From positions 1 to 64,000 of IMG/VR virus record IMGVR_UViG_3300010158_000053: a DNA stretch of 64,000 nt, one strand, 5' to 3'. Below, one piece after another: positions 19,245-29,051 of this stretch; positions within the stretch are counted from its first letter, which is position 1, and every line of letters begins with the position of its first letter. Made by a program: the position numbers and the translations under genes. Below the pieces are notes generated by a model, which was not told where the DNA came from, searched no databases, and worked only from the letters and a program-made list of their open reading frames with translations. The DNA is from an uncultured virus (IMG/VR IMGVR_UViG_3300010158_000053). Lineage: Duplodnaviria > Heunggongvirae > Uroviricota > Caudoviricetes.

Positions 19245-22001
19245 TTATGGTTGTATATTTGAACCAATATTTTTCTTAATTTCGTCTACTTCAGCTTTTA
19301 ATTCTTTAATAGATTCAATCAATAGTCCTATCATATTACCGTAAGCAACAGTCAACGTTCCAGTTTCGTCATCAAGTTTAACAACAGCTTCTGGTAAAAC
19401 TTTTTCTACATCCTGCGCAATTACACCAGTTTGTCTTATTCCACTGTCTATTCTGGTATAAGTTACTCCTCGTAGTTCACAAAGTTTAGACAATGCGTCT
19501 GTAATAACCTGAATATTATCTTTTAATCTAGCATCAGAATACGCAGTGACATTACCAGAAGAAGTAATGTCCCCGCCGACGCTCAATCCAGCAGTATGTA
19601 ATATATAGGTGGAGCCATCATAGTACAAATATCTATCTTGAGCTGAATTAAGATAGATAACGCCCGTAGTTCCGCCACTGCGGTATGCGGTAATATCCCC
19701 TTGAACAGTTAAATTGCCATATAATGACATATTAGCACCGTCCGTAGAAGCAAATCCAGCAACACTACCGGCGGAATTATATAACACTTGTCCGTTTGTT
19801 CCACCAATTGGACCTGCACCGCCGCCAGCGCCCTGAAAGCCTTGACGACCCTGAGCACCTTGACGACCTTGAGCACCTTGGACACCTTGAGCACCTGCCG
19901 TTCCTTGTACACCTTGTGAGCCTACGCCGTTAACTCCTTGAATGCCTTGGTATCCTTGAGCACCCTGTGTTCCTTGAACACCTTGAGAACCTGCCGTTCC
20001 TTGTAATCCCTGAGCACCCACTGCTCCTTGATAGCCTTGAACACCAAGGGCGCCTTGATATCCTTGTGCTCCTTGAAGTCCCTGAGTACCAATTGCCCCT
20101 TGTATACCCTGTGTTCCTTGAACGCCTTGACTTCCTTGATATCCCTGACTTCCTTGATATCCTTGGTTTCCTTGGAAACCAACAGTTCCTTGACTACCAG
20201 TAAAACCTTGACTTCCTTGATATCCCTGACTTCCTTGATATCCTTGAGGTCCTTGGAATCCAATAGTTCCTTGACTACCAGTAAAACCTTGACTTCCTTG
20301 AGCACCCACCGTACCTTGGAATCCCTGTGCTCCTTGCACTCCCCTGGAACCCTGTGTCCCGTCTAACCCTTGATATCCCTGGGCACCTTGGGCACCTTGG
20401 AATCCTTGTGGTCCTTGAAACCCTTGAGCACCCTGACTTCCTTGATATCCAACTGATCCTTGAGCTCCCGTACTGCCCTGTTTTCCCTGTGCTCCTTGAG
20501 CACCTTGATAACCCTGACTTCCTTGATAACCCTGACTTCCTTGATATCCTTGAGGTCCTTGGAAACCAGCAGGTCCTTGCGGACCATTTTGATAAGGTCC
20601 TAACGGTCCTTGAAACCCTTGGGCACCCTGTATGCCTTGGGCACCCTGTATGCCTTGGTCGCCCTGAATACCTTGACTTCCTTGGATTCCTTGACTTCCT
20701 TGAAAACCTGCGCCGCCTTGGATACCTTGTGGTCCCTGTGCACCACGGGTGCCTTGAACACCCTGTGTTCCTTGAAAGCCTTGAGAACCTTGTGTTCCTT
20801 GAATACCTTGTGCTCCTTGGAATCCCCTAGAACCTTGTGTTCCTTGAACGCCTTGACTTCCCTGTGCTCCTTGTAATCCCTGTGCACCTTGTGCTCCTTG
20901 AAATCCCTGTGCTCCTTGTAATCCCTGTGCACCTTGTGCTCCTTGAAATCCCTGTGCACCTTGAGCGCCTGTTGAACCCTGTGTTCCTTGAAATCCCTGT
21001 GATCCTTGACGGCCGGCAGGACCTTGAGGGCCGCTTTGATAAGGCCCCAAAGGTCCTTGAGCGCCACTAACACCTTGTGCGCCTCGAGATCCCTGAATGC
21101 CCTGACTTCCTTGTGCGCCTATTACGCCCTGAAGTCCCTGAGCACCAATTGCTCCTTGTATACCTTGTGCCCCTTGAACGCCTTGATATCCTTGATATCC
21201 CTGGGCTCCTTGTATACCTTGGGCTCCTTGTGCTCCTTGAACACCGTCTGATCCTCGATATCCTTGAACACCTTGAATTCCTTGAACACCCTGCACACCT
21301 TGAGAACCACGTGCACCAGGAGATCCGGTGATAGCAAATACCCATAACCCGCCAACATCTGGATACGGCCCTCCATTGCCACCTATAATAGAAACATCTA
21401 ATATTAAAATATTTCCACTAAAAGATGTGATTATACCTTCTAAATAATTTGTTGGTACTGTACTATAAAATGCTCTTACATATTGCCCTACTGTAAATGC
21501 AGTATTTGATGAACTTAGGTTAGTTACAAATGTTTTTTGACTTAGACTAATTAAATTTGGAGTATTTGATGTTAATCCTGCATAACCTAAACCAAGAGAA
21601 CCTTGGGAACCTTGAACTCCGTGATCTCCCTGAACGCCCTGATTTCCAATAGCGCCCTGACGACCTTGACTTCCCTGTGATCCTGCACCTCCTTGAATAC
21701 CTTGACTTCCTTGTGCTCCTTGAACACCCTGATTTCCTTGTATACCTAGTGATCCTTGCGATCCTGGTGTTCCTTGAACGCCTTGATATCCCTGACTACC
21801 CTGGGTTCCCTGTACACCTTGATATCCTTGTGATCCTTGACTTCCTTGTGGACCAACTTGTGTGTATCCTAAAATTAATTCTTGTGCTTGAGGCACTGTA
21901 ATATAAAGATCGGTCCCTGAATCTTGTACAACAAAGTAAGTTGTGCCAGAATTAGCAAAGGTTAAATGCGGCAGGGATATAAGATTTGGGCGAGTGGTCA
22001 T
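19245..22001 (-). CDS. Collagen-like tail fibre with C-terminal intramolecular chaperone (S74-like)
   Basis: Long G-X-Q triplet arrays; C-terminal YSDARLKDNI...GVIAQDVEKVLPEAV...LIESIKELK. Confidence 0.85.
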   Translation of the reverse strand: MTTRPNLISLPHLTFANSGTTYFVVQDSGTDLYITVPQAQELILGYTQVGPQGSQGSQGYQGVQGTQGSQGYQGVQGTPGSQGSLGIQGNQGVQGAQGSQGIQGGAGSQGSQGRQGAIGNQGVQGDHGVQGSQGSLGLGYAGLTSNTPNLISLSQKTFVTNLSSSNTAFTVGQYVRAFYSTVPTNYLEGIITSFSGNILILDVSIIGGNGGPYPDVGGLWVFAITGSPGARGSQGVQGVQGIQGVQGYRGSDGVQGAQGAQGIQGAQGYQGYQGVQGAQGIQGAIGAQGLQGVIGAQGSQGIQGSRGAQGVSGAQGPLGPYQSGPQGPAGRQGSQGFQGTQGSTGAQGAQGFQGAQGAQGLQGAQGFQGAQGAQGLQGAQGSQGVQGTQGSRGFQGAQGIQGTQGSQGFQGTQGVQGTRGAQGPQGIQGGAGFQGSQGIQGSQGIQGDQGIQGAQGIQGAQGFQGPLGPYQNGPQGPAGFQGPQGYQGSQGYQGSQGYQGAQGAQGKQGSTGAQGSVGYQGSQGAQGFQGPQGFQGAQGAQGYQGLDGTQGSRGVQGAQGFQGTVGAQGSQGFTGSQGTIGFQGPQGYQGSQGYQGSQGFTGSQGTVGFQGNQGYQGSQGYQGSQGVQGTQGIQGAIGTQGLQGAQGYQGALGVQGYQGAVGAQGLQGTAGSQGVQGTQGAQGYQGIQGVNGVGSQGVQGTAGAQGVQGAQGRQGAQGRQGFQGAGGGAGPIGGTNGQVLYNSAGSVAGFASTDGANMSLYGNLTVQGDITAYRSGGTTGVIYLNSAQDRYLYYDGSTYILHTAGLSVGGDITSSGNVTAYSDARLKDNIQVITDALSKLCELRGVTYTRIDSGIRQTGVIAQDVEKVLPEAVVKLDDETGTLTVAYGNMIGLLIESIKELKAEVDEIKKNIGSNIQP
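19815..21852 (-). repeat. Degenerate 9-bp coding repeat (Gly-X-Gln)n, interrupted by a globular insert at about 21330-21590
   Basis: Periodic ccttg/ccctg every 9 nt; duplicated GPLGPYQxGPQGPAG unit. Confidence 0.9.
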
Positions 22002-22032
22002 AAATTGGGTAACCTAATTAATTTTGATATTG

Positions 22033-22038
22033 TATTTA
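22033..22038 (-). promoter_or_regulatory. Late-type TAAATA promoter motif
   Basis: About 32 nt upstream of collagen fibre ATG; similar motif at 26330-26335 before the S53 gene. Confidence 0.5.
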
Positions 22039-22057
22039 TTAAATTTTAAAAACTAGG

Positions 22058-25000
22058 TTAAATTGTTTTCCTTGGAAATATTAAGGATACTGGTTCTATA
22101 GTTTTGGTAGCTAATGTACTTTCTATCGTAATACGATCTATATAAAACTCAAAATGGTTAAAATCAAAAGTTTTAAGTTTATTAACAATCCTAAAACCTT
22201 TTCCAGGCAATGCATAACATAGTACCACAATATTTAACCATCCTAAGCCAAGGGCAGTTGCAGTTTTTACAAACAGTGGTGCAACTTCGGGGTTTACAGT
22301 AGCAACTGATTCCAAATTTTTCCTCATATTTTGAATACTACTAGGATATAATGATGGCTTAGGGGCGCTGGGGAACCACGGGCCAATATTGGCACCACCG
22401 CCGCCATCTGGAAAGGTAACCGTAACACCACTATTAGTTGACGTGGTAGCAACCAATGGCAGTGGTTTTATTTCAGAACTAATATTATCTAATGAATCCA
22501 CTATTTCAACATATACTAAATCATAAATTGGGTTTCCTGCATTGTCTAAGGTAGTAAGTGATTTAATATTTCCATAGTTAAATGATCTATTATAAAAATT
22601 ACGTTCTAATGCAGGTGCATAACTTGCAGCACTTATAAATTTTTGTATGCCATATTCTAAATACATTTTAAGATCTTTCTGCACCCCAAAATTGGGGTCA
22701 TTAGCTCGATACAATAACTTGGGTGGAAACATATCGGTATTTGTAATAAAATTATTGTATTCGTTTCGTTTTTCAATACTTAGTAATGGTTTTACATATA
22801 TGTTTGTATAGGGCGTAGCTGCGTCTATTACGGTTAGTTTGAATGTGCGCAGATTTAATTCAAAAGGAAAATTAATAGTATCAGGTTTAACTGAATTGAA
22901 CCCGTATGGTGCTGGACTAGCAATAATAGTAGCAGTATATACTCCGCTGGAAATAGGAGTACCAATTATATTTCCATCAGGGTATAGGGTTAATCCGTCG
23001 GGTAATTTACCAGAATCAATCCCATATTGTAATGGATATATATTTGAAGTTTGTGTACTTTCTACTTTTAATGTACTGGGCGTTCCATTTATAATTGTTC
23101 CCAAATCTTCGGGTGTGATCCAATTTATTTTATCAAAATCTTTATGTACTATTGTCAATGTAAATGTATTTTTGGCAATAGTGCTTACCCCAGTGCGTGA
23201 ATTTTTTTTGGTTGCAATTATACTTACGGGATAAGTTACCAAATAATCAGTTTGTGTGGAAACATATCCATACAAAAAACCTGTACTGGAATCTAAATTC
23301 AACCCAGATGGTAGGACAGTATTTGTACCAGTAGTATAAGTTATAGGACCAAGTATTGGGTATGGATCATATGCAGTTACTGGAATATATTGATTTTCTC
23401 GATCGCTAAAAACGCCTAAAAACGATGGATTTGCAAATATAGGAGTAATAATTTGATTTAAATTGCTATATACATTCTGCACTTGCATAATAAATGTTTG
23501 AGTACTGGAATAATTGTTGTTACTAGCTGTTACTGAAAATGTATATCTATCAAGTGTACCTGGGTTAGTGTCAGTTGACAAATATCCAGATAAAACGCCA
23601 TTTGATGATATAGTTAATCCTCTAGGTAACGTATTATAATTAGATGATAATTTATAAGTAATTGGATAATTTGTAGGGGCAATTGTAGGTGGGGTAGCAA
23701 TTAATGGAATATTAACATATTCTTGATCAATAAAAATATTATTGTCAACTGTTCTTAATTCAAATGGATTAGTCCCATATGACCAAATTGGGGCACTTAC
23801 AGCATTAACATCAATAATAAACGTACTATCTATTATTGTTTGTAAAATAGATGCTCTAACTACAAATTTATGTCTTTCTAAATTAATTACTGGTGTTGGC
23901 GTTCCAGAAATATATCCATTTGATTGAAATGTAAGACCTGGCGGCAATGTACCTGCTAATAATTTATATGTGGCATTGATGTCCGAGGCCTCCACTATAG
24001 TACTGGTGAATACCCCACTAGTTGCGGTAGTTAAGAGACCCGGATTTGTAAACCATTGAAATTTGTTGGTATGTGCAGATGCGTAAATTGATAGGGTATA
24101 ATTGTTGTATACTGTAAAATGATTGGGGGAATTACTGTCTGTAATTGCAATAGTAAACTGATATAAACCTGCCCTAGTTGGAATACCACTTATAACATTT
24201 GAATTTAATGTAATTCCTGGGGGTAACGATCCTTTGATTACTGCTGTACTGTATGGGGCCAACCCTCCAGATGCAGATAAGGTTATTGGCGGATATGATG
24301 TATTAACTACTCCCTTTGTTAATTCTCCTGAGCTTGGTAATGCAACAATTACAGGAACTGCAACATTTAAAAATACTGTAGAGCTGTTTGAATGTCCGGA
24401 AACATTTGATACATAATATTTAAAACTATCAAAACCTTGATATTGAGGATCTGGCACATAAGATATGTTTGTACCAAAAATATTTACTGTACCGTGTGAC
24501 GGGGAGACACTGATACCAATGTTTGTATAAATTCCATCTACAATTAAATTAATTGGAGTATTGAAGGAATTAAATGCAACAGTTTGACTTGAAATGGATG
24601 TAGTTGGAATTCCAGGAAGCACTGTTATTAATATTGTGCTAATATTTGAAGTTCCATAAGAATTAGATGCAGTAAATTGTAGATAGTCTGCCCCGTAATA
24701 ACTATACCGCGGTGTATATACTAATTCTTGGCCTAAAATTGTAGCAATGCCGTAGTTGGGCGCAGACACAATATTAAACGATGTTGGATTATTGATAGAT
24801 CTTAATTGTATAATATTGTTACTTGAATTTGATAATACCGTTACTTCTGAAGTTAATGTAACTGGGACTTCTGGTGTAGGGGATACTACACGTATTAATA
24901 TGTTACTAAAAGATGAATTTCCTGCTGGACTAACTGCCGAATAAGTAAAATTATCAAAACCTGAAAAATTTAAGTCTGGAGTATAGTAAAGATGTTTGCC

Positions 25001-26299
25001 TAATGAAACTGATATTGTACCGTTTGAAGGATTGGTTGTAGAAATAGATGTATATACACCAGTAATATTAGTAGTGATTAAATTATTAGTAGAGTTAATT
25101 AATACAGTTTGGTCTACGGGATAAGATATTGGTGGGGTTAAACTATCTAGTAAACTTGTACCAATGGGAGGACCTAACCCGGTGACGGCGTCCCAACCTG
25201 CTGTACCAGCATATCCACTAGTAATTTGATCGTTGTTTGTTCCTACAGTAATATCAAAGAACGATCCAGTACTAGCATAGAATATCGCATTATATTCAGC
25301 ACTGGATCGCTGTATTCCTGTTAATTTTTGCATACGGGCAAGTATACCTGCAACTGTGGGGCTTGCTAAACTAGTCCCCCCGTATCCTGTCACACTGCCA
25401 TTAAAATACAAAGAATATGCATTCATTGGTGCAGAAATATCTGGCACACCACGCATTGATAAAACGGTTGGATTGCCAGTTACGCCGTTAATAATAGGTG
25501 TATAATATAATCCAGCTTGCCAACTAGGTCGTGAAAATAATGCACTAACACCACCACCACCGCCCCAGCCGTTACCAAAACTGGGATCTCTATTATCATC
25601 TGTTTCATTTGCTCGAGTATTATCTGGATTCAAATATAAATGTGTGCCGCCAATGGATATTGCGTTAGGGCTTGAAGCTGGATACATCGTCTCTAATGTT
25701 GGATATCCATCAAGTGTTGATCCCCAATCGCCAGAAGCTACACATACTGCAATTTTATTTTCAGCCGCCGTGGCAAGTGTAGATTCTAAAAACGTAGCAT
25801 CAGTTGTACACCAGCTAATAGTAAGTATGTGATTTCCGTCGCTGATTGCACGGGCAACTACATTTCGCCACCCAATGTAGCTATTCTGTCCTATATAAAT
25901 TGTAATATCAGCAGCTGGCACCATGGTAGCCACGCAAAAGATATCTACGGTATTTTCTCCGCTGTAATTTATATTACTATAAAAATTTCCACTACTGCCA
26001 TCTACTAACACCTGTTTAATGGTTGGAGCAACAACTGTTGAATTAATAAGTCCAGCAGTTCGTAAATCTGCAAATGATTTATTAAGATCACTTTGTAGGA
26101 AGCCGCCCCCTAAGCTAATAATGGCAACTTTGATTCCTGCACCATCACTTGCAGGTATCCCATAGGCAGTAGCAATCTGTGGCGGGGTCACTGTTCCTGC
26201 AGATGGTATTGCTGTGGGCATCAATCCCGTTGCATTATCTACTAGGTCTATTTTTTTTAATGAAGACGGTACGGCCTTAGTTGTTTCTGAATTAGACAT
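22058..26299 (-). CDS. Sedolisin/kumamolisin (peptidase S53) domain fused to Ig-like repeats; probable virion protein
   Basis: ENTVD, ASGDWG, GGTSLASP, GWDAVTGLG motifs; YTP...G.D.F.Y and LPPG..L..G..SGTP repeats. Confidence 0.82.
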   Translation of the reverse strand: MSNSETTKAVPSSLKKIDLVDNATGLMPTAIPSAGTVTPPQIATAYGIPASDGAGIKVAIISLGGGFLQSDLNKSFADLRTAGLINSTVVAPTIKQVLVDGSSGNFYSNINYSGENTVDIFCVATMVPAADITIYIGQNSYIGWRNVVARAISDGNHILTISWCTTDATFLESTLATAAENKIAVCVASGDWGSTLDGYPTLETMYPASSPNAISIGGTHLYLNPDNTRANETDDNRDPSFGNGWGGGGGVSALFSRPSWQAGLYYTPIINGVTGNPTVLSMRGVPDISAPMNAYSLYFNGSVTGYGGTSLASPTVAGILARMQKLTGIQRSSAEYNAIFYASTGSFFDITVGTNNDQITSGYAGTAGWDAVTGLGPPIGTSLLDSLTPPISYPVDQTVLINSTNNLITTNITGVYTSISTTNPSNGTISVSLGKHLYYTPDLNFSGFDNFTYSAVSPAGNSSFSNILIRVVSPTPEVPVTLTSEVTVLSNSSNNIIQLRSINNPTSFNIVSAPNYGIATILGQELVYTPRYSYYGADYLQFTASNSYGTSNISTILITVLPGIPTTSISSQTVAFNSFNTPINLIVDGIYTNIGISVSPSHGTVNIFGTNISYVPDPQYQGFDSFKYYVSNVSGHSNSSTVFLNVAVPVIVALPSSGELTKGVVNTSYPPITLSASGGLAPYSTAVIKGSLPPGITLNSNVISGIPTRAGLYQFTIAITDSNSPNHFTVYNNYTLSIYASAHTNKFQWFTNPGLLTTATSGVFTSTIVEASDINATYKLLAGTLPPGLTFQSNGYISGTPTPVINLERHKFVVRASILQTIIDSTFIIDVNAVSAPIWSYGTNPFELRTVDNNIFIDQEYVNIPLIATPPTIAPTNYPITYKLSSNYNTLPRGLTISSNGVLSGYLSTDTNPGTLDRYTFSVTASNNNYSSTQTFIMQVQNVYSNLNQIITPIFANPSFLGVFSDRENQYIPVTAYDPYPILGPITYTTGTNTVLPSGLNLDSSTGFLYGYVSTQTDYLVTYPVSIIATKKNSRTGVSTIAKNTFTLTIVHKDFDKINWITPEDLGTIINGTPSTLKVESTQTSNIYPLQYGIDSGKLPDGLTLYPDGNIIGTPISSGVYTATIIASPAPYGFNSVKPDTINFPFELNLRTFKLTVIDAATPYTNIYVKPLLSIEKRNEYNNFITNTDMFPPKLLYRANDPNFGVQKDLKMYLEYGIQKFISAASYAPALERNFYNRSFNYGNIKSLTTLDNAGNPIYDLVYVEIVDSLDNISSEIKPLPLVATTSTNSGVTVTFPDGGGGANIGPWFPSAPKPSLYPSSIQNMRKNLESVATVNPEVAPLFVKTATALGLGWLNIVVLCYALPGKGFRIVNKLKTFDFNHFEFYIDRITIESTLATKTIEPVSLIFPRKTI

Positions 26300-26354
26300 T
26301 TTTCAAATGGTGTTCCATAGGTATAGATGTATTTACCTAAAGAACTTACTGAAT

Positions 26355-26579
26355 TTAATGTAGAGTTTTGTTTTCTAATTCATGTATATTATCTATGCCA
26401 AATATACTTAAAATCATTAATACTTCTTCTGGGGGGTCTTCCATCAAATGTTCGGGAATCATAAAACTTTTTAATTCCCCATCTGGTCCCAATACAAATC
26501 CAAAATCATCAGGACCGTAATCATTTTCCTCATCGTATTCTTCAATTGTTACGACGGCTTCGACATTGTTGTTGGACAT
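26355..26579 (-). CDS. Acidic hypothetical protein
   Basis: 74 aa, GGAGG RBS. Confidence 0.7.
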   Translation of the reverse strand: MSNNNVEAVVTIEEYDEENDYGPDDFGFVLGPDGELKSFMIPEHLMEDPPEEVLMILSIFGIDNIHELENKTLH

Positions 26580-26611
26580 ACATCCTCCATTTATGATGTT
26601 AATTTGTATCT

Positions 26612-27163
26612 TTAAACGCTTTCCATTTTTACGTTTATTCTATCCCAATCCATAATTTTCCAAATATTTTCCAAATATTTTTCCTTGTGGCTTTGATAAT
26701 CTAGTGCCCAGGCGTGTTCCCACCAATCTACTAATATCAGTATATCATTTTTGATTTCGTGATTAACAATAGTTTTGATTTTGCCATCTGTACTCAAATA
26801 AACCCATCCGCTGCCCTGTATTTTCATTGCAACATCTTTAAAATCATCTTTGAATTTATCCCAACTTTTGAAATTTTTATCGATAAATTCTAAAATTGTA
26901 CCTGTAGGTTTGTTATTTCCTTTAGGAGGTCTTAATTGTGGAAAATATATGCTGTGTAAAAAGGCACCTGCTTCGTTAAAATCTGCATCACCTTCGCCCG
27001 CATTAAATCTGTCTACATATCCTTTGTATAATTGACCAAAATGATATTCAATAGTTTGTTTACTTTGACTGCGACCTAAACCGCCTTTGGGATATGGCAA
27101 CGACACTTGTACCAATTTCTTTTTTGGAGTCGACTCGTTTAATAATTTGATAAAATTGTACAT
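26612..27163 (-). CDS. sod: Fe/Mn superoxide dismutase family
   Basis: LPY, H, FLH, QGSGW, DWWEHAW motifs. Confidence 0.85.
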   Translation of the reverse strand: MYNFIKLLNESTPKKKLVQVSLPYPKGGLGRSQSKQTIEYHFGQLYKGYVDRFNAGEGDADFNEAGAFLHSIYFPQLRPPKGNNKPTGTILEFIDKNFKSWDKFKDDFKDVAMKIQGSGWVYLSTDGKIKTIVNHEIKNDILILVDWWEHAWALDYQSHKEKYLENIWKIMDWDRINVKMESV

Positions 27164-27342
27164 ATAAATATTAGTGTCAAGTGGTTAACAGGGCATCCAA
27201 GGACCCCTAATTGCGAACTTTCCCTGTCTTTGCGCAATACAGCCAATGTGGTTTAAAGGTAAATTGGCACTTGACTTCAGTTTTTGCATATAGATATTTA
27301 TCGGTAGTTAAATATATGTACATTTTAAAAGGAATCCATATC

Positions 27343-27723
27343 ATGGAATTTATTGTTGGTCTTATTTTTATCGCGCTTGTAAGTTGGTATTTGGTATCTC
27401 GTAAGAAGACAGTTGTTGAACAAACACCTGCACCTTACAAAGTTCCTGAGCCTGCTCCAGTAGTTGTTGAAACACCTGAACCTGTAGTAGAAGCAACTCC
27501 AGTTGTTGAAATTGCACCAGTTGTTGAAGCAACTCCTGATCCAGTTGTTGAAGTGGCACCTGCCAAAAAACCACGTAAACCACGTGCCCCTAAAGCAGAA
27601 CCTGTTGCTAAACCAGTTAAGGCTGCTAAAGTTGTTAAGGCTTCGGCTGCTAAATCTACTAAAGTACCTGCGGCAACTAAAGCAACACCTGCTGCTAAAA
27701 AGCCACGTGCTAAAAAATCTTAA
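27343..27723 (+). CDS. Membrane-anchored Pro/Val/Glu- and Lys/Ala-rich protein
   Basis: AAGGA RBS, N-terminal TM, PVVE repeats, histone-like KA tail; terminator follows. Confidence 0.7.
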   Translation: MEFIVGLIFIALVSWYLVSRKKTVVEQTPAPYKVPEPAPVVVETPEPVVEATPVVEIAPVVEATPDPVVEVAPAKKPRKPRAPKAEPVAKPVKAAKVVKASAAKSTKVPAATKATPAAKKPRAKKS

Positions 27724-27734
27724 TTGATTACGCT

Positions 27735-27769
27735 CAAAACAAAGCCCCAGTTAATGGGGCTTTGTTTTG
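27735..27769. terminator. Bidirectional intrinsic terminator
   Basis: CAAAACAAAGCCCCA...TGGGGCTTTGTTTTG hairpin between convergent genes. Confidence 0.85.
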
Positions 27770-27770
27770 A

Positions 27771-29051
27771 TTAAATTTTTAACGATCCTGGAAATCTTTC
27801 TCCATCATCTTTAATTGCTACTAACCAAGCACTAGTTACACAGCTTTTCATATTCTCCATCCATTCGTTGGGAAAATAAGTTTCTCTTCGATATTCTTGG
27901 AATCTAATTGTGGTATTGTCAATAAAATTAGCCATATATGCATCTGTATAATATAAGAAGCAATTTTCATTCCAATAGCTAACGTGCGTGGGATCTTGGA
28001 ATGCTCCACGACCATCTGTACTAGGTACTTCAATGAATGCCCACCCGCCGTGTGCCAATACACGATGTATTTCACTCATAATTTTAGTTTTGTCGTACAA
28101 ATGTTCAATAATGTGACTAGCGTTCAGTACTCCAACTGAATTGTCAGGTAACGGAATCCCGTCATTCAAGTCTGCTTTCATATCCGCAGTATCTCGTAAA
28201 TCAATAGAGAAATATTCAGGATATGGATTTAACCCTCCTCCAATATCTACTTTCATTAGGCCCTTTAGATCTGCATCACGCTCGGCCAATTTGCGAGCGT
28301 ATTGATTAAACAGTTCTTTGGTTCTAACTTGGATTTCTGCGTTACGTTCTGTCATAGATGTATTAACACCTGTAACTCGATAAATGTACAATACCTTGGG
28401 AATATGGACAGTTTTAGTTATTAAGTATGTCCTAATACATAAGTCGTGATCTTCACAGACAAATGCGTTTTCATCATATCCGCCAGCTTCAAAATAGGCA
28501 GTTGTTCTCCAAGATCTAACGTGATCGGGGGCAAACCAAATATAACAAAAACTTTGACTTGTTGGTTTAAAACTATTCATAGAATATAATTCACGATCTC
28601 TAAAATTATATTTGGTGTAAGTCCATCCATTTTCTTTAATATATGGTATAAAATCTTTATTCATGTCTAGCGTGGCATTGTCACTATAGACGAACCCAAC
28701 TTCATCATCTTGGTACGCTATGTTTAATTCTGCCAAACAATCAGGTGTTAACATATCGTCGTGATCAACTTCAACTAAAACATCGCCAGTGGCCTCCAAA
28801 CAAGCCATTTTTTTAGCCATACCAATATTTTTAATTGGAATTCTAGTATCAACTACCTTAACTTTATTATTGCTGCGTATTGTTTCTGGAATATGTGCAG
28901 GGAGACATTTGTTATTAGTTAAAATAATCCATTCCCAGTTATTGTAAGTTTGTGCTAGTAGAGAATCATACAGTTCTATTAAAAACGGAATGTTTTCAGG
29001 ACTATGCTCGCCTGTGATAATGCTATATTTTAATTGTTTCATTTTAATCAA
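27771..29051 (-). CDS. GT2 glycosyltransferase fused to SAM methyltransferase
   Basis: QTYNNWEWII, VDHDD, EDHDL; DIGGG, SHIIEHL, QDPTH. Confidence 0.8.
   Translation of the reverse strand: MIKMKQLKYSIITGEHSPENIPFLIELYDSLLAQTYNNWEWIILTNNKCLPAHIPETIRSNNKVKVVDTRIPIKNIGMAKKMACLEATGDVLVEVDHDDMLTPDCLAELNIAYQDDEVGFVYSDNATLDMNKDFIPYIKENGWTYTKYNFRDRELYSMNSFKPTSQSFCYIWFAPDHVRSWRTTAYFEAGGYDENAFVCEDHDLCIRTYLITKTVHIPKVLYIYRVTGVNTSMTERNAEIQVRTKELFNQYARKLAERDADLKGLMKVDIGGGLNPYPEYFSIDLRDTADMKADLNDGIPLPDNSVGVLNASHIIEHLYDKTKIMSEIHRVLAHGGWAFIEVPSTDGRGAFQDPTHVSYWNENCFLYYTDAYMANFIDNTTIRFQEYRRETYFPNEWMENMKSCVTSAWLVAIKDDGERFPGSLKI

Noticed and set aside
19709..21901. CRISPR array or overlapping genes in the repeat region
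   Set aside because: The 9-nt periodicity is the Gly-X-Gln coding repeat; the alternative-frame ORFs are shadows and there are no unique spacers.
27176..27275. Hammerhead ribozyme
   Set aside because: The CUGANGA core is absent on both strands.
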